Source: Antedon mediterranea (lineage: Eukaryota; Animalia; Echinodermata). Taken from it: a stretch of DNA of 64,000 bases. This document shows positions 42,001-54,000 of this stretch, piece by piece (position 1 is the first letter of the stretch; each line of letters opens with the position of its first letter). Under the pieces are notes generated by a model that was not told the origin of the DNA, did not search any database, and saw only the letters and a program-made list of their open reading frames with translations. Location: NCBI RefSeq assembly GCF_964355755.1, contig NC_092676.1, positions 29,592,871 through 29,656,870 on the forward strand, given 5' to 3'. The position numbers and the translations under genes were made by a program.

Positions 42001-45000
42001 AACGCGCGCCAGCTTCAACCTGTTCGGAAAAACACCTTTGCAGAGGACAAGATTAAAAATGTGACACAAGGGAAGGGAGATAAGGTTGATAACATGTTTA
42101 ATGGCTTTAGTATGGAAATCATAAGTACCAGGAGCTTTATTGTTATCGAAGGAGGAGATAATTCTTATGATATCATCTTCTAGGACGGGGGTTAAGAACA
42201 TTGATTTCGGATTTGGTTGAGGAAGAAATTCTTTGAAAGAAACATTGCTGGATTTTGTTAGCAAGGGAGGGTCTGATTTCGACAAAAAAATCATTAAATG
42301 CTTTAGAAATAATGACGGGGTCTTTAGTTGGTACTCCGTTACAGTTGACAGGGGTATTGCCTTTGTGTTGGTTTCGGTTTTTATGGTTCAATAAAGAGTT
42401 AATTGATTTCCAGGTTGCCTTAATATCATTTTTTTGCTTGGTGAAAATATCATGAAAGTGGATTCTTTTGGCAATTTTGATAGTGGAGTTAAGTTTATTA
42501 CGATATCGTTTATATTTGATTTCATTGGCAGGAGAAGGGCGGTGAAGAAATTTTGCATAGAGTTTATGTTTATACTTTATTGATTTTAGCAGTCCATTTG
42601 ACATCCAAGATTTAATTTTTTTGTTCTTGTTTGTATTGTTCCTTTTCAGTAACGGGAAGTGTTGGTCATAAAGGGCTTTAAGTGTGTTATCAAAGAGGTC
42701 ATAAGCAAAGTCAGGATCATTAGAATTAAGGAATGAAGGGTCAATTATCAAGTATCAAGTAAACTAATAGAAAAATCATACCATGCACCACGCTATTAAG
42801 ATGATGCATAACGGTGATGACAACAGGCTCTTGACCTATGACCTCATCAAATGAACTTTCATTTTCACCGGCCCACCAAGACAATCCTTCTGAACACTTC
42901 AAGATGGCTCTACCAATCTCAACTAAGGCAGTACACACTGAATCCAGCCCAGGCTCAATGACAATGTTTGGAATGACAAATTTTACTTCTACCTCAAATC
43001 TGAAATAAGTGAATGGTTGTTAAATTATTAACTAAGTATTAATCTAGAATACCATCACTGGTGCCAAAATATATTCTGCACAAATGTCATAGAATGACTA
43101 TCAACATGTGTGAGTGTTTCTACAGATTGATAGCTATTAAAACAAAGGACTCTTAATTTTATCAGTAATAATCAACAGACTTACTGCAAGTAAGTTCTTT
43201 CAAGGGTCTTCTCTGCCGTCCACGACAGATTTGACAGGTATGAAAACGATGTTGATGCCCTGCTTGAGTTCTCTTCCAAACTCACGTCGCTACGTCTACT
43301 TGTAGCTGTACCAACTCTACTACGATGTTTGCTCCCTGTGATTGGACTTGGACTGAGAGTTAGGTTGCTAGTTTCTGTAATGGTTTCAAGACGAGGCGTG
43401 GCTTGTTCTGTGTTGGCTAGTTCGCTCATGACATGCTCCATGACTCCTTCACAGCCGGATGCTTCTGCGAGAGTTACAAGACTTCGGCAGACGGAGGACA
43501 ACACAGCCTCATAGACATGTTCAGAGTATAATGCTATGGGATATAAAAACACAACAAAATATACAAATGTATACTCAGCAATCTTTAGTATAATTTTTAA
43601 AGAAAAGATGCTAGATTTAAACAAGACCTGGAAGCATTTGTCTATTGGGTAGTAACTGAAAGTGTGGCATCCTTTTAAGTTGAGGACTGTATCATTAAAA
43701 CATACCTAGCATGTTACCAATAGGCAAATCATAGTCGGTATTATCTGGTGACGTTGCCTCAGCCATCTGAGAAACAATTTTACCCTTTCGGCCAGAAAAG
43801 TGCTTCAAACTAGGAGATGACCTGTTGCTGGAATTGGCAGATGAAACTCGCTGGAAAAAATAAACACAGTGTTACAAAGTATATTAAAGTAAATTGTGTA
43901 TGCCATATAGAACTCTGTCTACACTATCATACTATTTTGACAAAAAAAGTGTGATATGACATCATCATATCCATATGGCCACATGATATCATATTATTGT
44001 CACATAAAGTTAGTATAGACAGAGTGGTACTTATTAGAGATGGGGAGTATGTGGTCCACACATAATTATTATTATATATACAGTGTATATGTTCTTACCT
44101 CTCCTACTAGGATATGAATTATTTCATAAACAGCAATCTCAATATCTGAAACATATTCATGTAGAAGTTTCTTCTTTTCATTCACCGATTCTAGCATTTT
44201 GTCTGTGAATGTACCTGGAGGCTTCATCATAGAAAAACAAAAACAAAAACAAAAACAAAAACAAAAACGATTTTATTTCTACCAAATAAGGTTTTCTTTG
44301 CATCATTCTTTTCTCCTGCTGTTTTCTTTTTTTTTTTAAATATCAATTTGAAGTTTAATTTACAGTTTTGCTAACAATCTTAATAATGGTGACTTTGTTC
44401 ACTGTTAGATGATATTAAAATAACATTTTAAAATGAAATATTGGATGGATGAAACTTTTTTTCTTTTAAAATTATAATAGTCATATACGAGCACAAGTAT
44501 GTTAGGCCTTGTTAAATTGAACACCTATTTCAAAGAAGCTTTGTTAAATTTAATTATGATTGCCCTGCTCTGACGTAATTGTAATACATTTTGCAGGGCT
44601 GTAGCCACCAGTGCGATTGATAAGGTTTCAACCTGACCACTTTATATTCACAGACGTCTTTGACAACGCAGTGGCTTGATTGTTCCCGTTTCTTGCAAAA
44701 ACTGCACCACTTTATTTCCTGTGGCTACATCACTGTTTTAGGCCTTCTCATCACCAAATCACTTGTTGAATTGACTTACCCATGAGTGAGCAAAAGCAGC
44801 ATCAATATTGAAGAGGAATAACTTGCTAATATCCTGTAGCTTTGCTTGTATTGTGTTCTTGGTTATGTTGTTTATAGCATCTACAGTAGCCTTCAACTTT
44901 ATAATAGCTAGATGGATAAAAACACACACAATACACGATCAATATTACTAGTTGTACTCAATATACAGAAACAAAATGATGAAACATGAAAATACAATTA

Positions 45001-48000
45001 TGAAGTCATCTGTGTGCAAGTTGTGTTTCTCACATGACTGTGTTGATTCAATTTATGGTATTGTGAAGAGGAATGTGAAAACTTTCTGTTCCATGGGAAG
45101 GGAACTACATAATGCCATGCTACTGTAATTCTTTGTGTACATGTAGGAAAATTGAGATATCCTTCTTCACTCGAATCCTTGACAGATTTTATCCAGGCTC
45201 CGAGCTCTACCTACACTGTCAATTGTCAAAAAAAAACAAATATGGTGGTGATATACCTAAATATGATAGTAATATGACATCTTCATGTCCATATACCGTA
45301 AAACCTCGAAAAGAAGCCCATGGGCTTAAACCTCGAAAAGAAGCCCCTCTCTACAGTTTGCAAAAGTACTCTCGAAAAGAAGCCCATCTCGAAATGAAGC
45401 CCCCCTGGGCTTCTTTTCAAGATAGTATGGGCTTCATTTCGAGATAGACTACTCATACTGTATTGAGATGATGAAGAATTGTATTTGACGGTGAATCATA
45501 GGACTGTTTTTTTGCTTTTTATATTGTTTTTTAATTGGTATATTAAACATAATTTCATGGTTGAAAAAATGTCTCAAAAGTCACATTATTGTAGTAGAAA
45601 TTCAAAAAATTTACAGTATTCATTTCGAAAAGAAGCCCCCCTCTACAGTTTGCAAAAGTACTCTCGAAAAGAAGCCCACTCAAGAGCACTAAAAAGAGAA
45701 GCCCATGGGCTTCTTTTCGAGGTTTTACGGTATGGGCATATCAGTTTGATAGTGTAGACAGAGGCTGTCACAAATCAAAAGATCCCTAACGCTCAACAAA
45801 AGTCCCTCACCTGTACGAACTTGATGTAGAAAAGCATCAATATTCATTGAATTCCATGCTAGGGTGGTAAGGCCAGGTTGCAGTGCCTGGATTACGCTAT
45901 TGGTATGAGGCTTGAAGAGGCTTTCCAGTGGTTCTGGGATCATGGCAGATACATCGTTGAGCTCACTTAGACATTGTAAAAGATGGTTCTGATAGCTCTT
46001 GAAGCGATGCTCCTGCGATGTTAAAAAAGCATTTTAATTCAACTCCTTTATTTATTTTGTCAAGCACTCTGGCTCGAAAATTGACTTGCTTGTCACATAT
46101 ATATAAAAATAATAAAATATTGGTAAAATACAGACAATACAACACCAAAATTAGTAATATGTTTAGTATTTTTATACACAAACAATGGAAGAATTATTCA
46201 CATCATGTTAATTTACATCGTACAAATCTTACAGTTAAAGTTCAAATCATATAATGTGATATGTAGTGGTGTATCAACAATAAAATTTAAACAAACCTGC
46301 TTAGCAACGAGCAAGGCAGATTCTGGGACATTGATACCAAGTCGGCTCATCCATCGACATTCTTGCATCATTTGAAGCACCCTATGACCAGATAAAAAAA
46401 AACATGTGTAGAAATCTGCAGAAACCCTAGTCATCACGCTATTTACAAAGCTCTAAATATTGTTGTCTAAAATAACTTTTTTCCTTGATGCATGAATACA
46501 TGTACATAGTTAAGAGAAACTTGGAATTGTTTTATAAATAACTTTAACATTTATTCAAATATAAAATATGTGAAAATAAGCTGCTTTTGTTTACAGAAAG
46601 TTAAATGCCAAACTGACCTTTCATCAGCGTTAACCACAATGCATCTTGTTTCTGGATGTACCACAAGCAGTGTCGCTTTCAACCCCGCTTTAGCCGGTTC
46701 AAGCTGCGTCTTCCAATGACTCAACCAAAGGCTTTCAAACGTAACGAGTGCAGTAGCGATACGGTTGTATAACTTGACAATGCGTGAGAATTCCTTCATA
46801 GTCATTATTGCTTTGTTGTCACGGAAGATTTTCATTGGTTCCTCGATGCGATATAAAAGCTGACGCGACCACTGAATAGCGCCAGCTACAGGTGGGGCAT
46901 TCCGCATTTTGATTGGCTCATCCTGAATTTATAACAAAAATGTGATATGGTATAATTCTACATAACAGGAGTATTGTATATATTATTGTATTCAAATTTC
47001 ATATTTTCCTTACCTTGTACTTCTCATAGATTTCCTTAACTTCTTCTAAGTCTGTTTCAAAAGCTGTGAACATATCCATGTACTTTTCAGTAACTGTGTA
47101 CTTTACACCTTGACGATGCATTACAGGGGAAAACCTAAATTTAAAAACAATTATCAAGATATCATACATAACTTGTAGTGAGAAAGGGTTAGTGTACCAA
47201 AAGCTCTGCATTTCTTTCTTTCTATTGTATCGTTTTGATTTAGCATTTTGCTTTTCCTTTCTCCACTGATACTCACAACATTGTCATTTTTTCAGTGCTT
47301 TTTTTTTGTATCTCCATTGAGATCCAGATACTGATACCCACAACATTGTCATTTTTTCAGTGCTTATTTTATTTGTATCTCTATTGAGATCCAGCCACTG
47401 ATGGTCACAGCATTGTCATTTTTTTTTTTATTGTCTTTTGATCAGTAATCTATCAGTCACATATATATATCTATCTATATCTATATATATATCTATATGA
47501 AACTTATGGCCACGTTTATCCTTGGACACACAGACATACAGACCCATACAGTACTGTACCTTGTCAGGATATCCAAAGATTGATGTGTTTTCATTTTTCT
47601 GAGGAAGACGGCGTGAAGGTAGGCACACATGTATGCTTCTATTTGCTGCACAGTCGCTTGGAATTCTAGATAAACTTCACTATATCGGTCCTTCTCTTTT
47701 CCTTCTACGTCCAGCATAATCTCGGTTGTGATGTTCGTGGAAAGTAGCGACTTCATACTTGTCACATGGTCGCGGACGATTGATGATATGCTGGGTCCTT
47801 CATCATCCGGGTCATCAATGTTGAAAAGTTTTCCTTCAAAATGAAAATGTCATTTAATTAAAGAACAATACACAACTGGCAACACCATAATACAACAATA
47901 GAGTACACAATGTTTTTGCTGGGTTCAAAGATCAGAGAATTGCTCTTAAAATATTACAAAAAGCATCTGTAGCGTTTTAAAAGCCATGCCCTCAGCAATA

Positions 48001-51000
48001 AACCAATTTAAAAATGGACTGAAAATTGTTTGTCTGACCTAGGCTGCAAGTTCACTCCATTCAGACAAGGTTATGAGAAAAGTTTTATGAGGAACACACA
48101 AGTTGTGGCATCATACATTTCTAATATATTCATAATTCAAGGTAGATCAAGTATGTAGATATTAAAACTGATTAGGACAAACAGGTTGCAGAACCCATAA
48201 TTCAAGGTAGATCAAGTATGTAGATAAACTGATTAGAACAAACAGGCTGCAGAACCCATAATTCAAGGTAGATCAAGTATGTAGATAAATAGATAAGGAC
48301 AAACAGGCTGCAGAACCCATCATTCAAGGTAGATCAAGATAGGTAGATAGACTTACTTAACAGAAGTACATCTTGAATAGATAACCCAGATTTAGTTGAC
48401 GTAGCAGCTAGTTCATGCACCTCATCAGCGTTAGTTACCATCTCATTGGTACCAACTCCATGTTCTTCTTCATCCTCGTCAGCTCCTTCATCCTCTTCCT
48501 CTTCTACTACAGAGGTCAGTATGTTGTGGGTGTGTAGTCCTCTCAGAGGACTGACGGATGGGTTCGAGTCATACGATGTCACTAAATAAATTGCATTTAC
48601 AATAGATTAACATTAGTAATTGTACAGTACATAATTTTCCTTTTAAACAATTTACTTTCATTAAACATTAAATAATGTCATTTACGATAGAATTAACATT
48701 AGTAATTGTACAGTACATACTTTTCCTTTTGAACATTTTATTTTCATAAAATAATGTCATTTACAATAGATTAACCTTAGTAATTGTAAAGTACATAATT
48801 TTCCTTTTAAACATTTTATTTTCATTAAACATTAAATAATGTCATTTAGAATAGATTAACATTAGTAATTGTTTTTGTTTGTTTTTTATTTATCTGTTAA
48901 TATCATTTCTATGTATATTTTATATGTAAATGATAATAAATGAAAATAATAATTTTCCACTGATAAATGAATGATGAATGAATACAGAGCACAGATATAA
49001 TGAAATCAATTCAACTCCAAGTTCCAAAGATATTTTTGCTGAAATAACCTTGGAAAGTTGTTGGGTCCATTCCATGTTTTGCTTTCCTTCACTAAATAAG
49101 GAACCATTTTCCACAAAAATAAAGCACATATGCTTGAAAAAGTTGTGCAAATAGTATAAAAAGGTTACATTGGTTTACTGTTCTTGATTTTATATCTTAA
49201 AAAGTACATAATTTGTATTTTAAAAATTCATTTTCATTAAACTTTTTTTTTGTTTACTTACCAACTGAATCTGGTAAATTAGACGTATTTGCAACATTCT
49301 CAACATCGTCATAGTCATCCAACTGTAGGTCATCTTTACGAGGACGTGGGAGGCCCTCTATAGTTTGGATAAGTTTACTGTACTGAATCAATGTGTAGAC
49401 AGAATCAATTACTTGACGAACACGGCCACAAAAGGAATCCATATGCCCAAATATGGATTCCTCATCAGTAAATGGTATACCATGGCCATCAGTCATATCT
49501 CCTATAAAAATGATGTTTTTGGAAATTAATAGTGAATCATTGAAAACAAAATACTGTACTGGAATTCATCCTAGTAAGGTAAGAAATTTTGTTGGTGCGA
49601 TACAAAGAAGAAAAAAAACATAACATAAAATCAACAATCATTCCTGTATGTACAGAATAAATAAGAAAATTTGAATGTAACAATACCTAAATACACCCTT
49701 AGTAAAATGAATTCGTCCTTTAAAGTTGCAGGCGCAAAAATATGGAACAATTTACCAATTAATATTAAATCGGCACCAACAATTACGTCCTTTAAGGCTA
49801 GATACAAATCTCATTTCTTTTCATAAACACTGTATTATATTTAATTAAGTTTCTCTTTTGTATATTTTGATTAAGACAGGACCACAATGTAAAACAGATA
49901 CACTGTTATCTGATTGTTTTATCCTGTATAAATATATTATTTATTAAATAAAAAAAATAAAGAAAAAGGTACCATATTTACAAAGCAGTAAACAATACAG
50001 GAGAGAATACAAAAATAACTAATGGTTTTTTAGTTCCGATGGTTTCTTCCAAGCACTATGTTATGTGTGTATGCAAAGAAACAATAGAAAGACACAATAA
50101 TGGTATCATACCTGCTACTGATGGTGTCTTTGATGGTCTGGTGTAACCTCTGACATACCCCTTGCTAGGCTTAGATGTCGGAGCTCCAATTGAGCTTATC
50201 GATGGGAAGTGAGTGAGTGCGTGGGCCCCTCCTAGGCTGTCTCGCAGATTTCTAACCATCTCCTTGTAAGCATTCTACAAAAAACAAACAAAACAAACAT
50301 TTCATTCCAATTACAGAGACTTCAAAATCATTTTCGAATCTATTACTTTTTCAGCTCCATTTCTTTGGAACCAACTCCCCGAACATGTTAAATCTAAAAA
50401 TTCATTGAACTCCTTTAAATCAAATCTTAAGATCTTTATCATCAGCTCGGACTTTGACTTTACTACATGATTTCATTCATTGCATTGTTGTGTCATGAGC
50501 ATCTAATTTGTGATGAAAACCGAAACAATATAAGTTTTCCTTATTATTGTCAATATAACATTTTTGAGATGTTTCTTACGTAAAGGTTGAGGCAAGCTTT
50601 CAGTCTTCCAAAGAGTGTATCCTGCTCAGTGCCTTTCTCTTTACTCTTCTTCTTGTTGGTTGGTTTAGGTTTGGAGACCACATCACCAGATGCAATCTGG
50701 TTGTCAACCTCTTCATAGATCTTTGGCCAAAGTTGGTCCTCTTGGTGACTGCTGATGGTCTCACTGCGCAGGTAGTCTTTACAAGTGTTTACAAGCTGAT
50801 TTGTGATCTAAATAAAAGTCAATAAAATTCTCTTAATGGGAGAAAGCACTTAAAACATAAACCCATTTGACTTCAAGTCAATTTGACTATTTTTTTTTTT
50901 TTTTTTTTTTTACAGATTTTCAATCTAATTTTTGGTCACAGTGACGACCTATTATCTGACACTAAAATGTCATATTCAACGAAAAAAGAAATACTTTTTT

Positions 51001-54000
51001 TCAGGGGGACATATATCTTTAAGACAAGACTGCTCACGACATACCACATTGTTCATTCCCAAATGAGGTAGCATTGATTCTCTCGGTGAAGTGATTGACC
51101 ACTGTACAGTGTCATATTTGATTTACTGTATTACACATAAAGCTCCGACTACACTTTGAAACTAGTTAGACAAAAAAGTTTGATGTGCCCAAATATGGTA
51201 GTGATATGACATCATCTTGTCCATATATGGGCACATCACATTTTTTTTGTCACATAAAGTTTGATAGTGTAGAAAGAGCTTTAGGCATGTAAAAATATTA
51301 TTGACAATGCCACCTACTTTAGTAAAGAGGAGCCCCAAATATCCTCCTCTGGCATAGAACCTTGAAATTGATTCCATCTGCTTGACACTGTTTACGAGAC
51401 CAGGGAGGGCGGTGTTTACCATGCTAGCTGGAGTAGCGCCATTGTATAATTGTTCAAAGTGACGCCTCAGCGCTTCAAGGTATTTTACTTTGTCTTTTGT
51501 TTCATTAGCTGCATCTGTAATACTGAAATAAAATGGATATAATCAATATTATTTTGAAGTTCTAGTCTAGTTTTAGTTTATTTGACAGTCTTTGTACATT
51601 GATTTTGAAGGAAGAAGATTTTTTATCTCCATTGAGATCCAGCCACTGATCATTTTTTCAGTAATTTGCTTTTGGAATTATATTATATATATAAGTTAGT
51701 ATAAGTAAGTATAAGTATATAATTATTGGATTGGATTAAACTAACTGGTAAGGTACAGTTTACAACTAACCTGCCGTCAATCAGCTTCCATTTTTTGATG
51801 ACCTTTGATTTTGAGCTAATAAGTACACCAATGACAGTCTTGCATTCTTTTCCTTTAAGTTGTTCCATGATACTAGTCAGCATTCGCTGGCGTCGTTTCC
51901 ATCGTTCAAGTTCAGATAAAGGACCGGAATTTGGATCCATAAACCTTTAAAAAATAATGATTTTTTCATAAAACTGAACAACATGTTTTAAGCCTTGTCT
52001 ACACTATAAAACTTTATGTGACAAAAAAATGTGATGTGATCATATATGGACATGATGATGTCATATCACTACCATATTTGGGCATATCACCACCATATTT
52101 GGGCATACTGTATCAGACAGATATTTTAGACAGAGCTTAATTTCCTATTACTGTACATTGTTCTTCCAACTGTATAGAAATGGATTTTAAATTATATATT
52201 AAATATTCAGTATTAAATCAAAATATTATAAAATGTCAACCTTTCATCTCCACCGTCTGTCAAAGCATTATCAATGGTTGAGATCCATTCTGTGACTAAC
52301 GCTTCGTACTCTGAGATAATGTTACCATCGTAGGCTGTGGACCGATGCTTACTGAACTCATTACTCACAAGGTTCTCTGGTCTACGTAACACCTGCAATC
52401 AATATTCAAATTTATGCTAAATAATATTATAAAAAAACTATATATATCTAAAGAGAGTATTTTTTAATATACTGAAAACGTCCTAGTTTTTTTAAAATTT
52501 TATTTTATTCAATTTTTAGGTACAAACAACAACATATATAAAAAAACCGATGCAGCACCCTGAGGATTGCTAAGAGTGCTAAGCACCATCAAATTGGCTT
52601 TCCATACTGCACTTCAAACATATAAAGTAAAACAATACAAATACATAAATAATAAAGATCCCAGTAGACCCAGTACATGCAAGCAAGAATATATATTCTG
52701 ATATGTTATGCAATGTGTACATTTCATTGTTGTGTTCAAATGTCATGCAACTATTCTAATATTTAACTTATAAACCCAAATAAATTGTGGCTTAAAAAAT
52801 ACATACACACAAGTGGAGTGCCTAAAATAAGGATAGGTGTAAGGCAATACCAAGGGGAGAGGAGTGGGACAAGAGGGGGAGGGGGACAACAAGGGGGGGG
52901 GGGGACAACAAGGGGGGGGAGGGGCTGTGTGGGTATGTCTAAAGCACCTACAGTGTGTCAAGAGTAAATCCCTATAATTTTCAAAATGCACCATTTGCAT
53001 CCATGTTTGAAGTGAATGGTAATAATTATTATCTATGATGGCCTATGGTCAAAGAGACAAAAGTTAGTGTAGTATTATTTCATTTTTTTTCCTATCATTT
53101 ATTTATTTGACACAAGCGGTCAAGGGGTTGCGTCAGCAATAGAGCGCCATAAGTGTCCACAACCCTTAGATATAATTATATTTATCAATATATATATTTA
53201 TTTATTTTTGAGAAATAATTAATAAACTTGACCATTTGTTTTCAATAGTTTTTGTGTAACAATGTTGCTAGTAGTAGGTTAACACATGCAGGGTATGGAT
53301 ATACAAGAAATAAGTACAAGAAATTAAATTGGTTATTAATTATCATGCATTTGATTGAATCTTACCACATCATCATGTAGACACCAGGCGTTCTGTCAAT
53401 GTTAATAAAGTAAAAACTAATACCAAGCAAACTTAAAAACATTACAGAAACAACATTAAATACATTAAAAAAACAACATTAAATACATTAAAAAAACAAC
53501 ATTAAATACATTAAAAAAACAACATTAAATACATTAAAAAAACAACATTAAATACATTAAAAAAACAACATTAAATACATTAAAAAAACAAAATTACTGA
53601 TATGCAAAAAAAAAAATAAAAAAATAAATTTTAGTGGGAAGTAGATGTTAAACATTCAGGTTTAAATAAAAGAAAATGTTAAAAGTAAAAATATGTTGAA
53701 TATTAATTGTTAATGTTAACAAAACTTAAAGTAAAAACGATTAGACTATTAAAAAAAAAAACTGACTTAAATAGCAAAGCCATTCCTTGTAGTAAAAAAG
53801 AAAACATTAACATTGTACTGTCAGTTTATTAACACATTGAAATATTACACAGAGAGATGAGTTTACCTGTTGGCGAGCAGCGGTGCTTGGTACCTTGACG
53901 GTCTCTGTCAAAGCAGCTGTGTGCTTCTCAAGACTGTTTAGACAATGGCTTACTTGTTCCGGTGTACAATGTCCCCAATCGGTTTGAGCACGTAACAATG

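Noticed and set aside
45112-45757. Plus-strand ORFs with RKEA repeats
   Set aside because: They lie in MITE TIR repeats and show no transposase motifs.
52853-52926. G-run cluster with G-quadruplex potential
   Set aside because: Looks like a low-complexity repeat remnant, with no evidence of function.
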